A DNA stretch of 63,569 nucleotides, filler included, from Octopus bimaculoides (GCF_001194135.2; 6 parts of 6 records of this genome joined end to end with filler, not necessarily neighbours in it); one strand, 5' to 3'. Positions 39,548-52,945 are shown, counted from the first letter of the whole stretch. Notes: generated by a model from the letters alone, not told the origin. Numbers and translations: made by a program.

Positions 39548-40769
39548 AATTATGAAATTGTTCACTTAGACTTTCTAGATTATCTGCTAATGTTGATATC
39601 TTCAATGATAAGGCTATATTTTATAGCTCTGCCTTATTTAAAGCAGGCTATAAAGAAAAAAATTACCAATATTATTGCTACTGACATAAATTCTGCCTAT
39701 ATTCATCGGGACATGAAAGCACGTCATAACGGTAATAACAATATAGATTTTAGTTCGAATTCACACCGAATCAGAATAGGGTTTTTAAACACCAAAAACC
39801 TTTCACAAATCATCACTTCGCAAAACAATAAGTTGTTAAACACAAATCAAGTTAATGAAAGAATAACATTGATATTATTAACGATAATCATTCTTTGAAC
39901 AATAATAACAGCAATATTAATATTTCTGATAGAAATTCGAATCGTATTCGATTCTTTAGCAGTAATACTAAGACTAGAAACTCTTTTTATCAATGAAAAA
40001 TTACTTCCGGTTCTGATGTCTTTTTTTTACATAGGTAGTTCATCGTCTCAGTTGTGCAAAAGAATAAATAACTATTGTTCTACATTTAGACATAGCGATA
40101 AACGTGACAATACTGGGCTTAGTAAATTTATTTGGTATCTAAAGGAACATAATTAACAATATCATTTGGAATGGAATATTCTATCTAGATCCTTCCCATA
40201 TGACAAAGTAAATCTTTTTGTCCGCACTGTAACGAAGAACAATTTCTCATCCTTTTCTCGGAGAATACTCTTGTAAACACGTTTAAAGAACGCGTTTATC
40301 GTTGTAAACATTGGCAAAATACATGCTTTAGATCCTATAAGTAATTTCTACCGATCTATAAAATTGGAACTGTAATTATCTTCCTACATTTCATGTCCAC
40401 TACATATATCTATTTCCACGCTTTAAAGCTTTATTACCATTCATCTATCACATTACATTTCTCCAACCTTAATTTTCTGCTAATTTCTTGCTTTCTCCTC
40501 GTTCACTTTCTCTAAATTATCTTTGGCGTTAAATCTATTAACTGTTTTTTAAAAAATAACTTGCAGCGTTCTACTTCGTCAAATACGCAGTAATCACATT
40601 CGGTTAAAATGGCTCATGGATGTGTTTCATTTCTCTTTTTCTCCCTGGCGAGATGATTGCATTGTTTTACATCAGTTTATTCCCTCTGGAATAATATCAA
40701 TGCTTTCTTCGAAACATATGTTGAAAGTATAAAGATTTGAATGACACCTGCGTTTGACTCCATTTATTA

Positions 40770-40771
<2 letters not shown>
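39548..40771 (+). mobile_element. Penelope-like element family D, copy 1 (C-terminal region, GIY-YIG, terminal repeat)
   Basis: YIGSSSSQLCKRINNY..TFRH..NTGLSKFIWYLKEH..WNILSRSFPY..FCPHCNEEQFLIL..RCKHW (PLE GIY-YIG); reverse-complement homologue of 43256-44710. Confidence 0.8.
40640..40727 (+). ncRNA. Hammerhead-like motif of a second PLE family (family D), A6>G variant
   Basis: CTGGCGA-GATGATTGCATTG...CAATGCTTTCTTC-GAAA-CATATG-TT with an extended, partly paired stem II and palindromic stem III AACATATGTT. Homologous copies at 43301-43389 (-) and 49914-50002 (-; this one has canonical CTGACGA but lacks G12). Confidence 0.55.
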
Positions 40772-40826
<55 letters not shown>

Positions 40827-40924
40827 ATTATATATATATCTATATAATTTCCAAAGATTCTAATGTCTTTTCTTCATACTTTATTTTTCAATTTACATAT
40901 ATAAATTCGTATAGGTATGAAAAC

Positions 40925-41922
40925 ATTATCCGTCCATTTAATGCATGTTTGGCTTTCAATCGTTGTTTCCTTCATAATCCAATCTATAACTAGTAGAAAT
41001 AAAAAGGGAGAAAGTATACTGCCCTGTCGAACTCCTGTTTTTACCTCGAATTTATCCGTAGCTCCCATTCTATGCAAGTCTCGGCATAACATTCCTTGGT
41101 AAGTTGCTCTTATTATAGATATATAATTACTTTGCAGATGATATAGCGCTACTTTCACAAACATAGCCAAATGCAAAATAAAACATCAAAATTAGAAGCA
41201 ATAGCTGCCAAACTAGGATTGAAAGCCAACCGCGACAAATCAAAATGTATGCGCGTTAACGAAGAAAACAGCGAACGTATTAAACTAGAGACCAGGGAAC
41301 TAGAGGATGTAGCCGAGTTTACTTATCTAGGTAGTAAGATAACGTTCTCAGGCGGCACTGACGAAGATATTAAGACAAGAATAAGTAAGGCAAAGACCAC
41401 TTTTCACCTGTTAAAAAAGTAGGGAGCGCAAGTGTAATTTCAATAAAGAACAAAATAAGAATTTTTAACACTAGCGTAGAAGCGTGTTATTGTATGAAGC
41501 TGAGACATGGCGAACAACAGTTAAGTCAATTAAGCAAATACAATCATTCATCAACAGATGCTTGCATAGTATTCTTAAAATTAGATGGCCCGAACACATA
41601 AGCAATATGGAACTATGGCTAAGAACAAATCAAGTTTCGATTAGGGAGCAAATATTTAAGAAAAATTGGAAGTGGATTGGTAGCACAATTAGAAAAGACA
41701 CACCAAATGTAGCGAAAAGTGCTTTACAGTGGAATCCGGATGGATATAGAAAGAAAGGTAGGCCTAAGAACTCGTGTCGTAGATAAACACAAAAGGAACT
41801 AGAGAGAGGGGAACATTCATGGCAGAGTATAAGTACAGAAGCGAAAAATTATGCGACTTGGAATTCAATTATAAGTGGCCTATACTCCGCGTTGGAGGGT
41901 TAAAGGCAAAAAAACAAAAAAA
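40925..41922 (+). mobile_element. RTE-clade LINE with 5' inversion (inverted part ~40925-41127, sense part ~41128-41922)
   Basis: Minus strand GVRQGSILSPFLFLLVIDWIM..KWTD; plus strand FADDIALLS..EFTYLGS..LLYEAETWR..WKWIG..KGRPK, A-rich tail; candidate TSD ATGAAAAC at 40917-40924 and 41923-41930. Confidence 0.85.
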
Positions 41923-42786
41923 ATGAAAACTTTATGGAAATAATCAGTATATGATTTAACTTATTAAACACAGTTCAACAAATTCATTCACATTTATGTA
42001 ATGGAAGAGATTAGATGCTAAAATGGATTATAGTTTTTTTTTTATTTTTCATCTTGCTATACAATTTGTTTCATCCAAAGTGACTCAGATATTCATAAAT
42101 AGAAAATCGTAATAGTCATATTTATACTCGTCAGTAGCTGATATAAAAACTAAAAAAAGACGTTAGAAGTACATAGACTTTCTCTCGCTTATCATTTTAG
42201 GATTATTGTCTTCGTTCTTGCAGTCATGCCTATTTGAATCAAGACTAAATTATATATATTAAGTAGGTGCTATTATGTAATATTAAAAACTGACATTGTC
42301 TCTATCAAATCCTTTATGTGTGTCTATTTAAAACGCCTTAAATGAATTATATTACTGGTCAGGCTGTATTTTAATGCACGACGAGGAATCCCAAATAAGG
42401 AGGTGAATGAATTTTTGAAATACAAATTAGTGTTTACTTAGCCGTCACTTATCCTTTCGACTTCAGAATTTTTTTTAGGAAAAATGGTGTTTAATAGTAT
42501 TAAAGAATAATTTCATGTTTATAAAATTTATAATTTAAGTATTTGTTGTAAATAATAGGTCTAATATTCATAGACAAAAATAAGTGGCATATGTCGTAAT
42601 TAGTTTTCTAGTCATCGTATTGATATGCTTATAAGAAAATTTAGAAATAAATACTATACGAGTAATAAGATCTAAATAAAGTCTAAATAAAGGGGATTAT
42701 TTATAAACTTGAAATTTCTGTATGACAAACTACTAGGAATACACTTATTATGAGTTCAAAAATCTCTCAAACATATGCGAACTAGT

Positions 42787-42904
<118 letters not shown>

Positions 42905-43255
42905 GTATGTGTGTGTATATGTGTGTGTGTCTGTGTTTGTCCCCTCAACATCGCTTGACAACCGATGCTGGTGTGTTTAGAATAAGTACTAGGCTTACAG
43001 AGAATAAGTCCTGGGGTCGATTTGTTCGACTAAAGGAGGTACTCCAGCATAGCCACAGTCAAATGACTGAAACAAGTAAAAGAGTAAAAAGAGTATAGAT
43101 GTACGTGTATTTTTCAATGTGAACAAATAACACAGAAAAAATAAATTAATAGTAAACAGGTAGCAAAATTTCATATAAGTACCAAAAATATTACAGCCTA
43201 CTTACAAAGGTAGAAATTCCAGGGTTAACTGAAATGTTTTTGTATGACATAGATA

Positions 43256-45030
43256 AATTAATAAATGGAGTCAAACGCAGGTGTTATTCAAATCTTCATT
43301 CTTCCAACATATGTTCCGAAGAAAGCATTGATATTATTCCGGAGGGAATAAAAATGATGTAAAACAATGCAATCATCTCGCCAGGAAAAAAAAAAGAGAA
43401 ACAAAACACATCCATAAGCCATTTTAACCGAATGTGATTACCGCATATGTGATGAAGTGGAACGCTGGCAAGTTTTTTTTTTTAAACGGTTAATAGATTT
43501 AAAGTCAACAGGAATTTAGAGAAAGAGGAGAAAGAGAGAAATTAACAGAACATTAAGGGTGGAGAAATATAGTGCGATAGATGAATGAGAATAAAGCTTA
43601 AAAGCGTGGAAATAGTTATATGTAGCAAAAATGAAATGTAAGACGACAGTTACAGTTCGAATTTTATAGATCGGTAGAAATTACTTATAGGAACTAAAAG
43701 GTATGTTTTGGTCAATGTTTACAACGATAAACGCGTTCTTTAAACGTGTTTACAAGAGTATTCTCCGAGAAAAGGACGAGAAACTGTTCTTCGTTACAGA
43801 GTGGACAAAAAAATTTACTTTGTCATATGGGAAGGATCTAGATAGAATATTTCATTCCAAATCGAAGTGTTTATTATATTCCTTTAGAGACCAAATTAAG
43901 GTACTAAACCCAGTATTGTCGAACAATAGTTATTTATTCTTTTCGACAACTGAGACGATGAGCTTACCTATGTAAAAAATAGACATCAGAACCGGAAGTA
44001 ATTTTTCATTGATAAACAGAGTTTCTATTCTTAGAATTACTGCTAAGGAAACGAATACGATTCGAATTTCTATCAGAAATATTAATATTGTTGTTATTAT
44101 TGTTCAAAGAATGATTATCGTTAATCATATCAATGTTATTATTTTCATTAAGTGGATTTGTGTTTAACAACTTATTGTTTTGCGAAGTGATGATTAGTGA
44201 AAGGTTATTGGTGTTTGATAACCCTATTCTAATTAGGTGTGAATTAATAATAGAATGGTATCTTGGTTTTTTTTGGAAAATTTTTATCTATAGCTTCACG
44301 AAACTGGTAAGGGGGATAGATTTGATCTGCTTGCCATATGGAATTATCAACCAAACAGTTTTACTAGGATATACCTTGTTATTAGTGTAATTTTCTTTAA
44401 AAGTCCTAGACTTATTTTTATTACGTATAGAGGGATATAAAGAACAATTATCTCCCTTACACTGCAAAATTACATTTTTCGATTTAGTGTTGTTATTCGA
44501 ACTAAAATTTATATTGTTACTACCGTTATGACGTATTTTCACGTCCTGATAAATTGAGGCAGAATTAATGTCAATTGGGTTAATACAAGTAATTTTTTCT
44601 TTATAGCCTGCTTTAAGTAAGGCAGAGCTATAAAATATGGCTTTATTATTGAGGATATTAACCTTAGCAGATAATCTAGAGAGTCTAAGTGAAATATTTC
44701 TAATTAAATTCCTTGTAATAGCTTTTGAATGATTACTGAAAAAGTAATATATTTTAACTTTGTTGACGGTTTATGATATGGGGAAGAAGAAACATTACAT
44801 AAGTTAAGCGTGATATCCAAAAAGTTGGCTTTGGTGATGTCAACATCGAAAATAATATTTAAGCCCATATTTCGGAAAAATTTAACCAACATATTTTTAA
44901 CCCTTTGTAATTTTTGGTTAGAAACATTATGAAGGGGGCTTAGCTATGTGTTCGCCATTATCACCGATAATAGACAATATATACATGGAATACTTTCAGA
45001 AATTGGCTTTAGGATCAACGCCACTAAAAC
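43256..45030 (-). mobile_element. Penelope-like element family D, copy 2 (RT C-half, GIY-YIG, terminal repeat)
   Basis: GLNIIFDVDITKANFLDITLNL..SPYHKP (RT), LIIPYGKQIKS..FVKL, and homology to 39548-40771 on the opposite strand. Confidence 0.8.
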
Positions 45031-45134
45031 TAACCCTATGTTGATGGCACCTTTATACTCTGGCCCCACCAGGAAGATGTCTAAATGCTGTTAGATCATG
45101 TGAACTGTTAGATCATGTGAACTCAATAAAGCCA

Positions 45135-46250
45135 TCCATATAATTCACAAGGGAAAAGGAAAACGACAATCATCTAGCATTCCTGGAGTATTAATAACAC
45201 GCACCAAGTATGGATTCAGGACATCCGTATACCGCAAGTCGACCTTCACTGGACGATACCACAACTGCAATTCCCACCATCCATACAGTGTAAAGAGAGG
45301 AACTGCTCAGTGCCTAAAACATCGAGCAAAGAATATATGTAGCAATCGTGATACACACCACGAAGAAATGATCAAGCTAAGTAACAATCTATTAAGCAAC
45401 AACTACCCACAAAACATATTATACACCCCAATTATAAAGAAAAGGGAGGATGAAACCAATAAAATGTCCACAGTCTGTCTACCCTATATGAAAAGCCTCT
45501 CCGTAAAGATACTAAAGATACGCAGCCCTTATGACATCAGGACAGTATCCAAGAACAATACATCTCTTTGCAAATATCTCCTTCGAGTAAAACTTCCTAT
45601 AGAATATGACCAAAGATTGCATGTACTCCATGCCATGCAGCTGTGGTAAGTTATACAAAGGCGAAACATGCCGCCCCCCTCAAAATAAGGGTAGTGGAAC
45701 ATCGCAAAGCTGAGACACAAGGAGATATTGATAAATCGGGTATAGCTGATCATGTATGGAAAAATGTAGACCACCTCCACCTGTGGGCTAAAGTTAAAAT
45801 TATAGACAGAGAACACCACTGGAAAATACGAAAACTAGAAGAAGCAGCACACATGCTAGTATACAACAACCTCCTAAGCAGACCGAGTGCAGATATGAAT
45901 ATGGAAACCGGTATTAAGGAAGAATAGGAAAATATTAGATTTATAAGCCCTAAAATTCGCTCCATAATTGCCCTAGGGCATATGACGTATTGGTTAAGAG
46001 CGTGGACTACTAACCCTAAGATTCCGAGTTCGATTCCAGGCAGTGACCTGAATAATAATAATAATAATATAAATAATGATATCGAAAAATATCTAAGGAA
46101 TGAGAACCCAGGTTCGAAATTTCTCCAAGATACCTAATGAGGCTGGAGGGTATATCAGCCGAAACGTTGTGTTAACAATAAACAAGAAGCGGACGAATAT
46201 CCGTCAAAGGTAAATAATGTACATAATTCCTCTCCTCTTAAATATAGAAC
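45135..46250 (+). mobile_element. 5'-truncated Penelope-like retroelement (family C): RT C-terminus, GIY-YIG endonuclease, tRNA-like head, (AAT)n, hammerhead terminal repeat
   Basis: Frame-broken translation FTREKENDNHLAFLGVLI..FRTSVYRKSTFTG..HHPYSVKRG.., LPYMKSLS.., C-S-C-G-K-LY..PLKIRVVEHRKA..SGIADHVW..KIIDREHHWKIRKLEEAAHM, typical of the PLE RT thumb and GIY-YIG domain. Confidence 0.85.
46129..46173 (+). ncRNA. Hammerhead ribozyme motif, core-mutated copy (family C)
   Basis: Same sequence as 53967-54012 but the core is CTAATGA (G5>A); stem II GGCTG/CAGCC, GAAACGTT and GTGTT are retained. Confidence 0.65.
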
Positions 46251-46254
46251 AGAA

Positions 46255-47060
46255 GAAAAGATAGCTGATTTACGGTAGCCCTTCAGCTATGTGAAGTTGC
46301 TTACTGCTTGCAAACAAGCCAGTCACTATACGTCTCACCAACAAAAACGCAGTAAGTGAGGAACTCCGACATCAGAGGAGAATAATGGAAGAGAAACAAT
46401 AAACAAAACATTTAACCGGAAGCAGGTAGCAGAGTACAAAGGCATGAAAGAAGAAGCAGTGAACATATAGAAGCTTCTTCACCAGAACACAGAAACTCCA
46501 TCTGGAGTGAAGAGATAGAGTTCAACAGAGACGCTCTGTGGCTGGAAGAAATTTGAAGAAGTTATTCTCCCTGCATTACACCCAAGACATACAGCATTGA
46601 TGGTGATACCATTGTGACTGTAAGCCAGAAACTTCAGGATGCAAGAACACCTGGAAGAGACTTGACTTTTGGATACTGGTACAAGAAGATAGCCCTCTAT
46701 CAATGATATCTTGTAAACCTATACTAGCAAGCTCTCCATGAGAATAGCAGCATACCACACCTGGTTAGATCTAACAAAGACAAAACCGAACTCCCAAAAC
46801 CAAACCACCCATACATGAAAAAGTACCGACCAGTATCATACCAGAACTTAATGTATAAAATATATGCAACAAGTTTAAACCTCTTTCTCCAAGACCATTT
46901 TGAATGTTATAACATTGTCATAGCAGAACAAGCAGCTATAATGAAGGGTGTCCTGGGATATGCCGAACAGCTATTGATAAACAAAACGGTAATGTCAGAG
47001 GTGCGGGAGTAGAAGAGGAGCCTAGTTTCGATGTGACTGGACTACAAGAAAGACATTGAG
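46255..47060 (+). mobile_element. R4/Dong-like non-LTR retrotransposon RT fragment
   Basis: WSEEIEFNRDALWL..TPGRD..GYWYKK..KYRPVSYQNLMYKIYATSLNLFLQDH..EQAA..GYAEQLLINKTVMSEV..LDYKK (RT domains 0-3 of restriction-like-endonuclease LINEs). Confidence 0.75.
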
Positions 47061-48347
47061 TTTCTACACGCATACACAGATCCCACAAAACCAAACACTC
47101 CAAACATCCCATCTCCAATCTCTGATACACTCCGAAACTTGCAAATACACAGTCGCCGTCCTCCCTTCTTAACTCTCCCTATAAAACAGCATTCTCTTTT
47201 GACTACTCTTTTTTCTCTTCTTTGTTCTATTACTGCTCATTCCACTTCTTCATTCCCCTTATGCTTTTCTGTTTCTACTGATGAAGCTCTAATACCCAAA
47301 ACTTTAAGATTCTCCACTTTACAGCGTTAATCTAATGGAGTATTTGCTCAACGATGTTAAGCATAGGTTTTCTCTTTTATTGTTTTATTCCTTTTCAGTT
47401 CATGGCATTTACAATATTCACAACACACACACACATATATATGTGTGTGTGTGTGTTTGTATGTGTGTNNNNNNNNNNNNNNNNNNNNNNNNNNNNNNNN
47501 NNNNNNNNNNNNNNNNNNNNNNNNNNNNNNNNNNNNNNNNNNNNNNNNNNNNNNNNNNNNNNNNNNNNNNNNNNNNNNNNNNNNNNNNNNNNNNNNNNNN
47601 NNNNNNNNNNNNNNNNNNNNNNNNNNNNNNNNNNNNNNNNNNNNNNNNNNNNNNNNNNNNNNNNNNNNNNNNNNNNNNNNNNNNNNNNNNNNNNNNNNNN
47701 NNNNNNNNNNNNNNNNNNNNNNNNNNNNNNNNNNNNNNNNNNNNNNNNNNNNNNNNNNNNNNNNNNNNNNNNNNNNNNNNNNNNNNNNNNNNNNNNNNNN
47801 NNNNNNNNNNNNNNNNNNNNNNNNNNNNNNNNNNNNNNNNNNNNNNNNNNNNNNNNNNNNNNNNNNNNNNNNNNNNNNNNNNNNNNNNNNNNNNNNNNNN
47901 NNNNNNNNNNNNNNNNNNNNNNNNNNNNNNNNNNNNNNNNNNNNNNNNNNNNNNNNNNNNNNNNNNNNNNNNNNNNNNNNNNNNNNNNNNNNNNNNNNNN
48001 NNNNNNNNNNNNNNNNNNNNNNNNNNNNNNNNNNNNNNNNNNNNNNNNNNNNNNNNNNNNNNNNNNNNNNNNNNNNNNNNNNNNNNNNNNNNNNNNNNNN
48101 NNNNNNNNNNNNNNNNNNNNNNNNNCTCTGTTGGTTGTTTTTCCTCTCATTAGGTACTAAATGTGGTTATTTTGAGAAGTCCACTGTGTGGCGTTATTAT
48201 TTTTCTGTAATAATGCCCTTTATATAAATATAAACGAATAATTATATTCTTGGGAATAGAAATTTCCCTTATGAATTTTTTTACACACTGGCTTCTTGAT
48301 AAAATTCTTGTAAAAGAATTTTATCCCTTTTTGAATTTATTTATCAA

Positions 48348-48398
<51 letters not shown>

Positions 48399-49803
48399 GA
48401 TAGGCAAATACATATATATAAATACATATATATGCATGCATATACATGTGTGATTTTTTTTGATTATTTTTATTGCCCACAAGGGGCCAACATAGAGGGG
48501 AACTCATATATATGTGTGTGTGTGTGTTTGTATGTGTGTTCGTGTGTTTGTATGTGTGCTTGTATGTGTGCTCGTATGTGAATATATGTTTACTGCCTAA
48601 GTTAATTTATGTGTACGTATTGTGTATGTGTGTCGGCATAAGGTTATTGAATACAAGTATGAATGTCATTATTTATCCATGAGTGTCTGCGTGTGTGCGT
48701 TTATAGATCATTACTGCTTATGTATATTCCCTTATATTCTTTTATTCAATTCATAAAAACTTCAATCATTAAAGTCAATCATAATTATTATAATATGAAA
48801 CAGTAAGATCATTAGTAACGTAATTATATTTGTATTTAATTATTGATTCATAATTTATTCTATACAACATTATATATTTAAGTATGTGTGAAAGAGAACA
48901 CTTATATCCATACGGGCTTACGTTACACGCATTTAAGATTAGTAAGTAGATATATTAAATGTATTACATCATCAAGTTTAGTGTTATCGATAAATTTATA
49001 TTTGCATCTAAAATAAGATGTATTATATTATCTAATTAATTAATAAAGATCAATACTCAGTATTATTATTAAATTGGTATCTAAGTATTATATTATATAA
49101 TATATGGTGTATATTATTTATATCTATATTATTTTTACCCTATGTTTGGTTTGTAAGTTAACTTATACTTATTATAATATGCTTATATCATTATATCATT
49201 TATTTTTATTTATTAAATTTTATTAAACTTTCTAAGATATACTTAGGTTAATTCTAACAAGTTAAAATATTCATTCTTCATGAGTTAATTAATTTGAGTT
49301 TAGATATTATATACTTTATGAAGATTGTATATTATGCTTATACTTTTAATGTTCAGTTTTGATATTTATTGTTTATTTATTTATCAAATCTTCTAAAAGT
49401 ATATTTCGAATAGTGACACCAAGCTAAATATCTCTTTTAGCAAGAGCTAATCAATCTATGTTTGGATTTTATTATCTCAAAAATTTCTTCTCTACATAAT
49501 TGACATTTCCTATCTGAAATTTGATAAGCTCTGGCATGGCTTACAACTTCACATTTAAATTTTATTTTTTCCCATTATCATTTAACATAGATATAAATTT
49601 GCTGAAGCTAGTATTGTTGATTTTATGCTTATTTCTAAAACAACTCTCGTGGTTCACAATTCTCCGTTTAAATTGAATTTCGGTTGAACCTATGTAATGT
49701 TATTTCTTTCCTTCACATTCATACAGACCCATATACCAGATTATCTTGTTTACACTTATGATAAAGTTTACAATATATGTTTACAATTATTATAAAGAAT
49801 ACA

Positions 49804-49867
<64 letters not shown>

Positions 49868-49872
<5 letters not shown>

Positions 49873-50060
49873 AAGAAATGGAGTCAAACGCAGGTGTTAT
49901 TCAAATCTTTATACTTCCAACATATATTTTGAGGAAAGCATTGATATTATTCCGGAGTGAATAAAAATGATGTAAAACAATGCAATCATCTCGTCAGGGG
50001 AAAAAAAGAGAACCAAAACACATCAACAAGCCATTTTAACCGAATGTGATTACCGTGTAA
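49868..50060 (-). mobile_element. Isolated terminal-repeat fragment of PLE family D
   Basis: Near-identical to 43257-43445 (aaatggagtcaaacgcaggtgttattcaaatc...aaccgaatgtgattaccg). Confidence 0.85.
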
Positions 50061-50289
50061 TATCCTTGGCACTTATGTAAATTTTTGCTACACTGGTAAC
50101 TATTTTTTCCGTGTTATTTATACACATTCTGAAAAAACACATACATTTATATACACTTCTTCAACCAAGTTTCCATATAAACTGCAAATAAAATAGTTAC
50201 CGCATATGAAGTTATTTGATATAAAAGTATATATTAAGGATATGACCATTCCCCCAAGAAAAGTTTTCCTTAAACAACTCATTACTAAC

Positions 50290-50720
50290 TCATTAACCGC
50301 ATTAGATGGCTTGCTTTCTTCTTCGACAATAAAGACATTAAACAATCTCCTAACAATCTAACTTCTGAATTCAGCAAATTGTTTAAATCTAAAAACAATT
50401 CTCCACCTAACCCAAGATTCAAAATAGTTTGAAGACGATTTCTGGTCTATCGCGAGAAATGTGAAATTCCATCGTTCTCTCTTAAGGAATAAACATCTGA
50501 GGTATCTTCACATCAGCAAAGAAATTCAAAACATTAATGGGATCCTGGTTCAATCTGATAAAGCAGGAAACATATACAGACTTACCAAGGATTACTACCT
50601 AGAATAGCTTAGGAAGGAAATACAAAAGAATTATAGGATTACTGGTAAAAGTACTATCAAAAAAGCCAACATTGAAGCTCAGAAAATTATGATAGAAAGA
50701 GAATGCAACAAGATGTAGGG
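50290..50720 (+). mobile_element. N-terminal ORF relic of a Penelope-like element
   Basis: RWLAFFFD..FKSKNNSPP..EDDFWSIARNVKF..ILVQSDKAGNIYRLTKDYY..KANIEAQKI resembles the PLE pre-RT region (MRWKAFF..GFKS..PP; ADKT.N.Y). Confidence 0.55.
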
Positions 50721-50739
50721 AAGTCGTACATGAAAGAAT

Positions 50740-51960
50740 TTGAAATGGTGAAGATACGCCATTTTAAAAAGTTTATGATGTAAATAATGTATCTTTTCCT
50801 CTGTCTTAAAAACCCATGATGGCACTTTCTTCGTTCTTTCGGTTTTACTTACTTTTTGAGTGTCGTTCAGGTATTGCTTTGCGGTAGAAGGCAAGGCATA
50901 TAGACAGGTGTTAATCTGCCAGAATAAGGGTTCTATACACTGTTGTAAATATTCCTTTCCCATTTCATTAACAACTTTTAATACCGTGTCTGTTAGTCTT
51001 TTGATTACCTTGGTAGAATATAATTTCTCTTCGAGAGAGTACTTCAACGCCAAAGTATTTTTTCTTGAAAAATTTTACTAAGGGCATATTTCACCGATAT
51101 ATCACCCTGGTTACTACTAGAATGATTGTTGCCGTTGTGCTTGCTATTTATCATAATCGTAATAACTAACATTGGTTAGTTATCTTGGCCTGTAATGTGG
51201 TTTGGCTGGCAGACATTATAGTATTTGTTGGAATGTCGCTAACTGTGGAACCCCGTGCTGTTTAACATTGTTCACGTTTTTGTTTATACTGATTGGGAGA
51301 AGGTTAATTTCAGATTTTTTTTAAAAGTTACATTCAGGAACTTTCTTCCTCTGTTTCACAAATGTTGCTTGTTGATGTAATTGTTTCGCAGAAAAATGAT
51401 TTAGTTCTGGGTGCAGACGTATGTAGACGTTATGAACGCAGGTTGCGTGTATTTTTTTATCTTTTATATTATTTTTTCTACCTATTAGAGTAATTTCCCT
51501 TTTATTCAATCGTTGTTCATAACGTCTGTTGCTATTAATAGGCAACGAGAATGCATCGTAGCTCTTAGCTCCGGCATTTGTAACTCCGAATACTATTATG
51601 ACAACTTACTGATTGTCCTAAGCTATATATATACTAATAACCATAATAACCCTTAGATGGAATTTACAAATATCTCAATGCATTGCTAAGCTCGATTCCA
51701 CAGATTATATGTTTCTTAATATCCTGGGATGATTACAGTATATTTTTGTATATCAGGGGTCACCAAAGGTGGGGCCAAGGGACCCCGTATCGGTCGGTGA
51801 AGAATTACAGGGGGGTTGATGATAGCGAAGGAGTCGAATGAGGGTCGGTGTGCGAAAGACCAGGTCACCCAGATGAACTGCTTAAAATACTTAGCACCAT
51901 GCTCATCCCTCACATTAATGTTGTCAGTTTCAATAAAAGATATTCCAGCAATATGATGCA
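50740..51960 (-). mobile_element. R4/Dong-like element: putative 5' UTR and N-terminal ORF relic
   Basis: RLHPELNHFSAKQLHQQATFVKQRK, WQINTCLYAL..VPSWVFKTEEKI..L resemble the N-terminal region of R4-clade ORFs; clade assignment from recalled motifs only. Confidence 0.5.
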
Positions 51961-52370
51961 TTTTTCACATTTTGTAACCGTGAAAACAATTTCATAGAAA
52001 TTGAAAGTTTAATACTGTATACTCGTACATGTAGTTTTAAATGTAACAAGTGTGTCATCTTGAATAAAATTTCTTAATTTGTCGTACATGTATATTTTAG
52101 CTAACATTTTAATCGCGAGCATCAGTACCCGGTACACATTTAATATATGATACGGTAGAGTAGGGTATTAAGATATTTTAAATGAGGAGGGTGGTCGATG
52201 AGGAAGGAGAAGTGGCTAAAGGAGGTCGATGGTCGAAAAAGATCGGTGATACCTGATCTCTATTTACAGTATATCAGTTGTCATCATTAGGCTGTAGCTG
52301 ACATAATAGAATAGGAGCTTTTATATGCATATTCAAAACGTTTCCTGTAAACGAAATTAAAGGATATACA

Positions 52371-52417
<47 letters not shown>

Positions 52418-52900
52418 NNNNNNNNNNNNNNNNNNNNNNNNNNNNNNNNNNNNNNNNNNNNNNNNNNNNNNNNNNNNNNNNNNNNNNNNNNNNNNNNNNN
52501 NNNNNNNNNNNNNNNNNNNNNNNNNNNNNNNNNNNNNNNNNNNNNNNNNTTTATATACATTTTGTTGTGTCTGGGGAGAGTCATTCTCTTTCAGTGCCTT
52601 ATTATTTAAAACCTTCACCGGCAAAGTTTCCACACATTTGCTTATATATTTTTCCTAAAATTTTCCTTGTGTCTTGAACCCTTTTCAATAGTCGTTGACT
52701 CTGTCCGTTATCCGAGCTGCGTTCTTTTTGTTTGTTTGTGCGCATGTGTTAGTCATTGTGTCTGTTTATACACATGTATGTATGTATATATGTATATATG
52801 TATGTATGCATGCATGTAAGTGTATGTATGCATGTATGTATGTATGTATATGTGTGCGATTGTATATATGTATGTATATGTGTTCATGTTTGTGCGTTTT

Positions 52901-52945
<45 letters not shown>

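Noticed and set aside
45976-46048. tRNA-like heads (also SINE heads at 18205, 18588, 37890 etc.) as functional tRNA genes
   Set aside because: Acceptor and T stems do not pair properly and each continues into a repeat body; they are tRNA-derived promoters.
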